Shown: positions 1 through 12,000 of the stretch, one piece after another
Layout of the letters: each line of letters starts with the position of its first letter
Position numbering within the stretch: position 1 is the first letter of the stretch
Source of the DNA: Alphaproteobacteria bacterium
GTDB lineage: Bacteria; Pseudomonadota; Alphaproteobacteria; JAQWUY01
DNA: 64,000 bases
Assembly (NCBI GenBank): GCA_965232465.1
Contig: OZ246977.1
Location: forward strand, 144,684 to 208,683
Reading direction: 5' to 3'
Made by a program: the position numbers and the translations under genes
The notes under the pieces: model-generated
Told to the model about the DNA's origin: nothing
The model's database searches: none
What the model saw: the letters and a program-made list of their open reading frames with translations, nothing else

Positions 1-3000
1 GATGTTACTGTTAACTGTTGCAATAGATCGTCGAAGGATACATCTGTACCAGCAGTCGATTGAGGTACTCTCATATCGGCAAAGGCTAAGTTATCCCCTG
101 TGGTTTGTTTGCCAATGGTAAATTCAAAGTCCTGTTTGCCCGTATATTTGGGGTCGCTGGCTTTGGCGGTGATGGTGGTGACCACCGTCCCGCCGGAGGT
201 TGCCCCGCTGATGTCGCCATTATTATCAATTTTTAATGTCCCAGTCGGCAGGTTGCCGGTTTTTCTTGCCACCGTCCAGTCGAATTGTAAACCGGTGGGG
301 GGGCTAGGATATTTTAGGTCAATCTTGGCACTGGAACTGGTTTTCCATTTGCCATCTTCATTTGTATCTGTTGTTACGGTGCTGCTGGTTAAGCGATCGA
401 CCCCTAGCTCTTGTTTACCCACCGTAAAGTTTTGATAAACCACCAATTTGGGGACGGATGAACTTAGGGCGTCACGGGTAATCTTGATTAACAATGTACC
501 CCCTTTGGTGAGTCTGCTTGCTACGATGTTCCCGGTGTTAGGGTTAATCGCCCCATTGCCTTGCACAATACCCGTCGTGGTCGATGTGAAACCGCCAACA
601 CGGGTACCAGAGGGCACAATTTCAAAGGTGTAATTGCCCCTTTGGCTTGTTGTGCCTTTGGTAAAGCCCAAGCTCGTATCCAGATAATAATTGGTGGTAT
701 AGGTCTGCCCGCTTTGGCCCCATTTTCCTGTGCCGGTGGGGATTTGTGTATACATACCGCCTTTTTGGGTAACCACTCGGAACAGGGCTTGTGCATCCAC
801 ATACTTTTTGCTTTCGAATGTAACGGTTACGGTTATGGGGGTGTTGATTTCCCCGGATATGGTCAGGCTCTTGCCGCCGCTATCGACGGCAAGATTTGTT
901 GTCCCCTGTGGTACGGATAGGCTTTTTATTTTCCAATCGTTCTTTTTGGTGGGGGCACCGGTGCGTGTGGACACTTTTGCCCATATATCGTTTTCGCTAA
1001 TGGGTACGGTGCTGACGGAGCCATCAAATATTTCCACAACATTTCCCACAGTCAGCCCAGAAACGATGGTTTGTTTTTTGATAACAAATTGCCCTAAGCC
1101 CAGTTCCCCTTTGTACTTGGCATTGCCCGCTTTCGCCTTCATTTTAAAGGTAACTGTACCGCCGGATACTGCCCCGGCTACGCCCGCCCCGGTAACCGCT
1201 AGCCCGCTGCTGATGGTATCGGGTTCTTTGCCGGATACTGCCGTCACTGTCCAGTCATAATCGGTAAAGGTGGTGCCACCGGGCAGATTGTAACGCAGCG
1301 GGATATTCCCGCCACTGCTACGCCATACCATATCCGCCCCACTTGCAACGGTTACAGTGGGGGCTGTGGTAAGGCTAGCAAGGGTTTGCTTATCGACGGT
1401 AATATTTTGATAATCTGTTAATGCGGGCAATGTGCCTGCTGGTACGGTTTTCGCCTTGCGGACAATTTTTACCAACAGCGTTCCACCCCGCAACAGATTG
1501 GTCCCTATAATCGCCCCAGTTTTGCTGTTTATGGGGCTGGTGGTAAACATATTTGCGGTGGTCGATGTATAGCCGGTAACAGCCGTACCGCTGGGCACAA
1601 CTGAGAAGGTGAAATCGTCATTGGAACCATCGGTTTTAAAGGTGGCGGTTACAGCCCCCACTGTATCCGATGCCTTTAATTTATAATCGGTGGCAGTAAA
1701 CGCCTTGCCCCATGTGCCCGATAATCCTGTGCGGGTCGATGGGTCATCGGTCATGGTACCCGCTGTTGTCGACAGGGTAAAGTCAAAGGTTACATTGTCA
1801 TATGCCGGATGTTCAAATACAGCCGTTACCGTGGCGGTGCTGATTGCCCCGGATACGGTCAGGGTCTTGCCATTAACGGCAAGCTTCGCATGGTCGGTTT
1901 TTTCCGTTAGGGTCTTTAATTTCCATTCGGACGCTTGCGTTTGTGCGTTTTGGGCACTGGAGCTGGATCCTTTCGCCACAGCCAATGCCCCTTCGATGGT
2001 GGTGGTGCTTACGGTTACAGTGCTGCTGCTGCTGGAATAAGGAACCTTTATCTGTGCTATGCTCAGTGTATCCGTTGTGGTTTGTTTGGTAATGGTAAAT
2101 GCCGCTAGGTCAAAACTACCCGTGTATTTTTCATCCGCAGATTTTGCACTCATGGTGATAACCACTGTACCAGCGGAGGTTGCCTTACTGATTTTACCAT
2201 CGGTGTCAATTTCTAACAAACCACTGGCGGTGGTGCTCTTGATACCCCAAGCAAATGCATTGGCATTTAACCCACCGGGCAAGTTGGTATATTTTAGGTC
2301 AAATTTGGTATCCCCCGTTTTCCACTTACTGTTCCCACTGTTTAACGATATAGTCGGTACGGTCGTTACATCTTTGCCCGCCCCTAGCTCCTGCTTCGTT
2401 ACCGTAATATTCAAATATTCTGTAACCGTGGCAGTCCCAGTTTTGGTACGGACGATTTTTACCAACAGCTTACCAGATTTTAACAGGTTCGTCCCGGTAA
2501 TCGCCCCACTTTTACTGTCTATGGGGTCGCTGGTAAATATACCTGCGGTGGTGGCACTAAGACCCGATGGGGCATCAGCGGGCATGGTACCGGCACCGAC
2601 AATCGAAAAGGCGTAATGTTGGGTGGGATCAAATGTGGTCCCCACATCAGAAGTCTGTAAATTATACTTCACATTAAACGCTTTGCCCCATTTGCCGGTG
2701 GTGCCGGTGGGGGTGGTGCTGAATAATTTCGGTGCCACTGTGGTCAATTTAACATCAACCAGCTTGTTTTTATACTTGTCGTTTTCGAATATAACTTTTA
2801 CAGTAGCGGGGGTGTTATCATCATCTGAGGGGATTGCCCCTGTTACACGCAGCACCTTGCCATTGCCAGAAACGGTAAGGTCACCATGCGTTGTGGCTAG
2901 GTTATTGACCTTCCAATCGGTTTTTTGCGTTTGTGCCGCACCACTGGCACCCGTAACGGATAAATTGTTTTCGAAGGCACTGTTGGCAACCGGTATGGAA

Positions 3001-6000
3001 CCGCTCAGATAGGGTATCTTAACTTCTGATACGCTTAGGGTATCCGTACTGGTTTGTTTATTGACGGTTACATCGACATTTTTAACAATTTCTTCAAATT
3101 TGGCATTGGTAGGATAGGTAATCTTCACTTTTACCACCCCCCCTTGTGCGGTTTTTGCAATGCGACCTGTGTTTGATTCCACTGTAATCGCACTAGCCCC
3201 GGAGGTCGGACCAGCGGTCGTACCCGATGGGTTCAATGTGTATCTGGCGGTGCTAATATTCCCGGGGCGGTTACTGATAGCATAGGAAACATTTTGCTCA
3301 TTTGCACTCCAGGTAATGGCACTATTAGCGAGTATTTTAAAGTTGGGGTAATCGTCGCTGTCGTGCTTGGTTACGGTAATATTTTCATAATCGGTTAATG
3401 CAGGCAATCCGCCTTTGGCGGCACGGACAATTTTTACCAACAAGGTGCCTGATTTGGTCAGTGCGGATCCGACAATTGCCCCGGTGTTGGCATTAATCGC
3501 CTGTGTATACGCATCGCTTTGCACAATACCGGCGGTGGTGGCGGTTTTGCCCCCTTTGTTCCCATCGCTGTTGGGTAAAATAGTAAAGGTGTAATCCCCC
3601 GCATTCGTTGTATCGCCTTTTGCAAAGGTATAGCTTGAACTCCCCACCGTATCAGTCAGTTTTAATTGGTAATCCGTCGCTGTGGTAAATCCTTTGCCCC
3701 ATTTGCCCGACAATCCCGAACGGGCGGTGCCTGTGCTCATCGTCCCTGTGTCTGTGGATACCTTAAAGGTTATCCCAGTTTTATCTTTGTATTTGGTGCT
3801 CTCTAGCACAGCGGTAACTGTGGTGGGCGTAGCGATTGCACCACTTATGGTTAAGGCACCATTTGCCGCAGCCAGTTTATCATGCGTTTCCGTTAGGCTC
3901 TTAATCGTCCAATCGTCTTTGGTGCTTATGCCACTTGCCACGGATATTTTATCCTCAATGTCGCTGCTGCTAATCGTTACGGTGCCACCACCATAGGGTT
4001 TGACAATGTCTGCTATGCTTAGGGTTCCGGTTTCCGTTTTCCTATCGACCGCCACATCGACATTTTTAACAATTTCTGCGTATTTATCATTTGCCGCATA
4101 GGTAACTTTTACTTTTACCACCCCACCCCGGCTGGTTTTTGCAATGTGCCCATTATTTTGTGTCACTGTAATCGCATCGTTCCCTGAGGTCGGACCAGCG
4201 GTGGTTCCCAATGCTGTCAAGGTGTATGTGGGGGTGCTAATCCCCGGCGGTGTATTCGCCGTTGCGTAGGTAACCGTTTGGCTGTTGGCGTTCCAGGTGA
4301 TACCAGAGGGGGTTACCGTAAAGCCTGAATGGTCAGCATCGGTTTGTTTATTCACCGTAATATTCACATAACCGGTCAATGCGGGCAATCCGCCCTTTGC
4401 TTTGCGGACAATTTTTACCAACAAGTCCCCTGATTTGATCAATTTGCTACCGGTAATTGCCCCCGTTTTGCCGTCGATGGCACCGCTAAACAGCCCACTC
4501 ACAATCCCCTGCGTGGTGGGTTTTAGGCCACTGGGTGCGGCGGAGGTGTGCGGTTCAATAGTAAAGGCGAAATCGTCCGTAGTTCCATCATCTTTAAATG
4601 TTACGGGACCTACATCGCCCACTGTATCAGATGTTTTTAAATCATAATCCACATTAAACGCTTTGCCCCATTTACCCGCCGTTCTGGTGGGGGTGCCAAG
4701 CAAGGTTCCCGATCCGGTTTTTAGGGTAAAGGTGGCGGTTTTATCCGCATATTTGGGGCTTTCGAAAGTGGCGGTTACCGTAACCGCTGAGGATATTGCC
4801 CCGCTGATTCGTATGGTGTTTTTGCCTTGTGCATCCGTAACAACGCTGGCATTTGCCCCCAACCCGCTTAGGCTCTTAATCGTCCAATCGGATTTTTGCG
4901 TTTGTGGATTCGTCGCAGCCTGAGCCTTCGCCACCGCAAATTTACCCCGAAGAGTAGCGTTGCTTACCACTTGGGCACCGGTTACATAGGGTATCACAAA
5001 ATTCCCCATGCTTAGGGTATCCGTTGCCGTTTGCTTGCCAATGACAAAGTCGGCTAAGTCGAATTGTCCCGTATATTTGGGGTCGCTGGCTTTTGCTTTC
5101 ACCGTAATAACCACCGTACCAGCGGAGGTTGCCCCGCTGATTTGCCCATCGGCTTGGTCAATTTTTACAGTACCACTGGGACCAGCATTTTGTTTATTCG
5201 CAACGGACCAAACGAATGTATTGACCGCTTGTCTGCCGGGCAGATCCGTATATCCAATATTAAACTTGGTGTCAGGATCACTTTTCCACTTTTTATCTTC
5301 TGTACCGCTGTCATCGCTTATTAGGGTGATGGTCGGCACCTTTTTTATATCCGCATTTGTACCGGTGCCAAACACTTGTTTATTTACCGTAATATTTTCA
5401 TATCCTATTAATTGGGGCACTGTGTCGGAGCCTACGGTTTTTGCGGCACGGACAATTTTTACCAACAGGGTACCACTTTTCAATAAGTTTGCACCCGTAA
5501 TCGCCCCAGTTTTGGTGTTTATGGGGCTGGTGGTAAATATATTTGCGGTGGTGGGTCTCAGACCACTGCCATCATTCCCCCCAGCTGCCACAATAGAAAA
5601 GGTGAAATCGCCACTGCTACCTGTGGTAAAGGTGGCGGTTACACCGCCCACTGTATCAGTGGTTTTTAAATCATAATCCACATTAAACGATTTGCCCCAT
5701 GTGCCCACCAATCCCGTGGGCGTGCCGCTAAGGGTGCCACCCGCTGTGGACATGGTAAAATTAACGGTCCTATCCGTATATTTACTGCTTTCAAATACAG
5801 CCGTAAGGGGGGTAGCGGTGGAGATTGCCTTTTTGATGGTCATACTCTTTTTATCCCCACTGATTTCCAATGTATCATCCGCAACAGCCCCCGTCCTTTT
5901 TGCTAGGCTTTTCAGGGTCCAATCAGATTGTGTCCCCAAACCATTTGGTACGCTTAATTTACCTTTTACATCGGTGCCTGTTACATCTTTAGTGCCAGTC

Positions 6001-9000
6001 CCAGAATAAGGTACAACAAGGGTTGCCATTGTTAAATCACCGCTTCCCGCTTGTTTATTCACCTTTACATCCACATTTCGGGTTATGCGTTCGTATTTAT
6101 CATTCGCCGCATAGAGAATTTCCACTTTTACCACCCCACTTTGGACGGTCTTGGCAATGGCACCTGTACTGTTAATTTGAATAGACCCCAGACCCCCCGA
6201 AGTACCAGCGGTTGTCCCCGCCCGTATCAGTGCATAGGAGGGGCTGCTAATACCCGTAGGTTTATTTTGGGATGTATAGGTAACCGTTTGACTTGCCGTT
6301 GCCCATGGTATCGCCGCCGCAGATACAGTAAACCCGGTGTGGTCGTTGCTATCCTGTTTGGTTACGGTGATATTTTCATACTCTATTAACTCCGGCAATC
6401 CGCCTTTGGCTTTACGGACAATTTTTACCAACAGGTCGCCCGATTTGGTCAGTGCCATCCCATTAATCACCCCATTTTTGGCATTAATAGCCGTTTTCGA
6501 TGTGTCAAGGATATTGCTGGTAGTAGCCTTCGCCGATGATGGTGCATCACTAGGCTTATTACCCGTAACAATCGTAAAGGTATAATCACTAGCGGTGCTT
6601 GCCGAACCTGTGGTAAATGTTACATTTTGTACATCCCCCACTGTATCAGACCCTTTTAATTTATAATCGACAGCAAAGGTTTTGCCCCATTTACCACTTA
6701 ATCCGTCACGGGTACCCGTACTCATCACACCCGCCCCGGTCGATAGTTTAAAATCAACGAATCTGGTGGCGTATTTTTCGCTTTCGAAGGTGGCGGTAAC
6801 TCGGGTACTGGTGGTGAAAGCCCCAGTTATGGTTAGGCTCTTATCATCATCAGCAAGGGTAATATTCGTATTCGCATCTTTTTTGCTGAGATCTGTTAAG
6901 GTCCACTCCGATTTTGCCCCTAAACCACCGGCACTGGGGACACCCAATTTCCCGGTGATGGTGGCGGTGCTTACGGGTTTGCTGGTATCCGCTGCCCCAA
7001 AGGGTATCACAAGGTCGCCCATAGTCAATGCCCCTGTGCCCGTTTGCTTATTAACGGGTACACTCACATCTCTGGTAATTTCTGCGTACTTATCGTTGGC
7101 GGGATAGGTAACCTTCACTTTTACCACCCCACTTTTGCTGGTATTGGCAATTTTACCATCCGAAGATACTGTAATAGCACCATTTCCTGAGGTTGTCCCC
7201 GCCGTTGTCCCCGATGCTATCAAGGCGTATGTGGGACTTGTGCTAATCCCCGCAGGTTTGCGGGCATTTTCTATGTAGGTAACTGTTTGGCTATTTGCGT
7301 TCCATCTAATCGTACCAGCGGATATACTAAACCTGGTATGGTCGCTACTATCCTGTTTGCTCACCGTAAAGTTTTGATATTCCGTTACCTTCTTTACACT
7401 ACCTTTTGCTTTGCGGTCAATTTTTACCAACAAGGTTCCTGATTTGGTCAGCTTCGTTCCATCAATCACGCCTGTGCTGGCGGTAATCGGATTGCTGCTA
7501 AATATATTTGGGGTGGTCGATGTGTACCCTGCTACATTTGTACCAGATGCCACAATCGAGAAGGTGAAATCGCTATCAGATATTTTAAATGTTTGCCCCC
7601 CAACAGGAGATTTTATATTATAATTTGTGGTATATGTTTTACCCCACTTACCTGACCCCGTGCGAGGTCCCTTACTTATCTTCGACCGTTCCGTCGACAG
7701 TCCGAAGGTTGCAGTCTTATTTTCATACGCAGGGTGTGACAATGTGGCGGTAACCGTTGTTTTGGTTGTAATCTCATCGGATATGGTTAGGGTTTTGCCA
7801 CTATCCGTTACAGCAAGATCGCCATTGTTATCCGTATCGGCAACGCTTACCAGTGTCCACTCAGATTTTTGTGTTTGTGCCGTACCTGTACTGGATACAG
7901 ACAATTGCCCCAGTATCTCAGCGGTGGTAACCTTTCTATCCCCATCCGCAGACACATAGGATATGACAAGATCCGCCATGCTCAGGGTATCCGTCGTCGT
8001 TTGCTTGGCAATGGTAAATGCCGCTAGGTCAAAACTGCCAACATATTTATCGTTGTTGCTAGCCGATGCGGTCATGGTAATAACCACCGTACCAGCGGAG
8101 GTTGCCCCATTGATTTTACCAACCGCATCAATGGCTAACAGACCACTGGCGGTGGTGCTTTTTATACCCCAGCCAAACGCACTGGCACTTAACCCACCGG
8201 GTAAATTGGTATATTTTAGGTCAAATTTGGTATTGCCGGTTTTCCACTTATTGTCGCCACTGTTTAACCGTATGGTCGGGATGGTCGTTACATCCGTACC
8301 CAGTACTTGCCTGTCCACCGTGATATTTTCATAATCGGTTAGTGCAGGCAATCCGCCTTTGGCTTTACGGACGATTTTTACCAACACTTTACCTGATTTG
8401 TTCAGTTTGCTGCCATCAATCGCCCCGGTGTTAGCGTTAATCGCCCCAGTTAAGGTACCGGTAACAATGCCCGAAGTGGTGGCGTCTTTGCCCCCCTTAC
8501 CCCCATCACTGGTAGGGACAATCGTAAAGGTATAATCGCCCGGCGTCGAGGTTGTGCCTTTTGTAAAGGTTACAGTTGTATCGCCCACTGTATCAGACAG
8601 TTTTAACTTATAATCCGCCGCTGTGGTAAACCCTACACCCCATTTACCCCTTAATCCCGACCGGGTGGCGCTTGTATCAGTCATTTCCCCCGCCCCAGTC
8701 GACAGTTCAAAGGTGGCGGTCTTATCGTCGTATTTATCACTCTCGAAGGTAGCGGTAACCGTGGTACTGGTGGTGATCGCCCCGGATATGGTCAAAGTTT
8801 TGCCACTATCGGTTACAGCAAGATTCGAATGACTATCCGTATCCGCTAGGCTTTTTAAGGTCCACTCCGATTTTGCCCCTAAACCACCGGCAGCCGGTAC
8901 ACCCAATTTCCCGGTGATGGTGGCGGTGGCTACCTTTTCACTACCCGACGCATACGGTATCACAAGGGCGTCCATAGTCAATGCACCCGTTCCCGCTTGC

Positions 9001-12000
9001 TTGGCAATGGCAAAATCCGCTAAGATAAACTGTCCGCTGTATTTGGGGTCGTTGGTTTTTGCCTTCATGGTAATAATCGCCGTACCCGCCGATGTTGCCC
9101 CACTGATTCTCCCATTTGTATCAATGTCTAGTGTCCCACTGGGTACATTCCCTGTTTTCCCCGCAACTATCCAATCAAATGTATTTGCCGCTTGGGTACC
9201 GGGCAGGTTGGCATAGGTCATTCTAAACTTGGTCGCCGTATTGCTTTTCCACTTGTTATTATCCCCCCCTGTTAACGATACCGTGGGGATGGTGGTTACA
9301 TGGGTTCCCAGCACCTGTTTACCAACGGTTAAGTTATAATGCTCTGTAACTGTTGTGGTGCCAGATTTGGCACGCACTATTTTTATCAGCAACACCCCCG
9401 ATCTGGTCAGCTTCGTTGCATCAATCGCCCCGGTGGCAGGGGTAATAGCGTTTTGTCCACTGGCAACAATCCCGTTGGTGGTCGATGTGAGCCCGGATAC
9501 GGTCGTCCCAGATGGCTCAATAGAAAAGGTGAAATCCCCCCCAGTGCCCGTTTTAAATGTCCCCCCCTTATCGTCTAAGTTATAGGTTGGGGTGTAGGTT
9601 TTCCCCCATACTCCCGTTCCTGTGGGGGTGGCGGTGGTAAGGTCTGATGCCCGTGTGGATAGTTCAAAGTCTTTGGATACATCGTTATATTTGCTGCTTT
9701 CAAATACAACGGTAATGGTGGTAGTCGCCGTGGTGATGCCCCCCGATATGGTCAGGCTCTTGCCCCCACTGGCAACGGCAACATTCGCATGGCTATCTGT
9801 ATCCGCTAGGCTTTTTACCGTCCAATCGCTTCTGGAGCTGCCGGTTGCTGTTAATTGACCCAGCACATCCGCCGCACTTACCGTTCTAGTACCCGATGTA
9901 TATGTTACAACAAGGTTGGCTACGCTTAGGGTACTTGCCGCTACCGTTTGTTTGGCAATGGCAAAATCCGCTGTACGAATCGACCCAGAGTACTTTTTAT
10001 TCGCTGCTTTTGCGGTTATGGTGATTTCCGCTGTACCGCTGGAGGCCGCCCCACTAATATGCCCATTGGTTTGGTCAATGACTAAGGTACCACTGGGGGC
10101 ATCCCCTGATTTTTTGCCTACTGCCCAACTATATTGCGATGCGGTTGTACCGCCCGGTAAGGTATAATTTAGGGCAATTTTGGCACTGGTACTCGACTTC
10201 CACTTGCCATCTTCACCGCTAGCTGTTGCCACCGCTGGACGGGTGGTTACATCCGTTCCCAACACTTGCTTAGCAATGGTAAAGTCCGCTGTGCGCATCG
10301 ACCCTGAGTATTTGGGGTTACCGGGGGTTGCGGTCATGGTGATTTCCACTGTACCGCCGGAAGTTGCCCCCCGAATATCCCCATTAACGATATTGAGTGT
10401 ACCACTGGGGGCGTCGCTTGATTTCTTAGCCACCGTCCAAGTATATTGCGTTGCCCTTGTCCCGCCCGGTAAGGTATAGTCTAGGTCAATCTTGGTAACG
10501 GTACTGTCCTTCCACTTGCCGCTTTCACTGGTTGCTTTTGCCACCGCTGGGGGGGTGGTTACATCGGTTCCCAGTACTTGCTTGGTTACATCAAAGTTCA
10601 CATAGTCTGTGGCTTCGGCAACTTTATTTGCCCCTGTGCCTTTTTCGTCACGGACAATCTGTATCAACAGCTTACCCGATTGGGTTAGCTTGCTGGTGTC
10701 AATAACCCCGGTTTCTTCGTTAATAGCCCCGGTTAATGCCCCTGTTACAATGCCCGCAGTGGTGGCATCCTTGCCCCCTTTGCCCCCATCACTAGCGGGG
10801 ACAATCACAAAGGTAAAATCGTTTGCTTTATCAAAATCTTGACCTTGGTCTCTGGTTTTTAACTTATAATCCGGGGTAACACTGCCCTTGCCCCATTTAC
10901 CCGTCAATCCGGTCGGGGTGCCATCAATCACCTGTGCGGGTCGTGTGGACAGTTCAAAGGTTTTGGTTACATCCGTATATTTGGTGCTTTCGAATACAAC
11001 CGTAATGGTTGTGCTTGTAGTGATTGCCCCCGATATGGTCAGGCTCTTGCCCCCACTAGCAGCGGCAACATTTGCATGGCCATCTGTATCCGTTAGGCTT
11101 TTTACCGTCCAATCGCTTCTGTTGCTGCCAGTTGTTGTTAATTGCCCCAAGACATCGGCGGCACTTACCGTCTTATTGCCGGATACATACGATACAACAA
11201 GGTTTGCTACGCTCAGGGTACCCGCCGATAGCGTTTGTTTATTAATCGTTACATCCACATCTCTGGTCATAGATGTATACTTATCATTCGCCGCATAGGT
11301 AATCCGCACTTTTACCACACCGCTTTTGTTGGTTTTGGCAATGGCACCCGTACTGCTTGCAATCGTTATGGCATTGCCCCCTGTGGTGGGACCAGCGGTA
11401 GTACCCGTCGCTGTCAATGTGTATGTGGCGGTACCAATCCCCGTCGGTAGATTCGTCGGTGTATAAGTTATCGCTCTGCTTGCCGTTGCCCATGGAATAG
11501 CCCCAGCCGATACGGTAAACCCGCTGTGGTCGCTACTCTCTTGCTTGTTCACCGTGATATTTTCATATACGGTTAGCTCGGGTAATCCGCCTTTGGCTGC
11601 ACGGACGATTTTTACCAACAGTTTCCCTGATTTATTTAGCTTGCTGCCATCAATCGCCCCGGTTTTGTCGTCAATCGCCCCGCTTAATGCCCCGGTTACA
11701 ATGCCCGCAGTGGTGGCGTCTTTGCCCCCTTGCCCCCCATCACCGCTGGGTACAATGGTAAAGGTGAAATCTGTACCCGTATCAAAGGATACGGTTACAT
11801 CCCCCACCGTGTCAGAAGATTTTAATTTATAATCCACATTGAAGGTTTTGCCCCATTTACCGCTTAACCCGGTGGGTGTATCCCCCAATGTGCCCTCACC
11901 TGTGGATAGCTCGAAGGTTTTGGTTTGGTCCGCATATTCAGAACCCGTATGCTCGAATACAGCGGTTACAGTTGTGCCTGAGGGGATTGCCCCGGATATG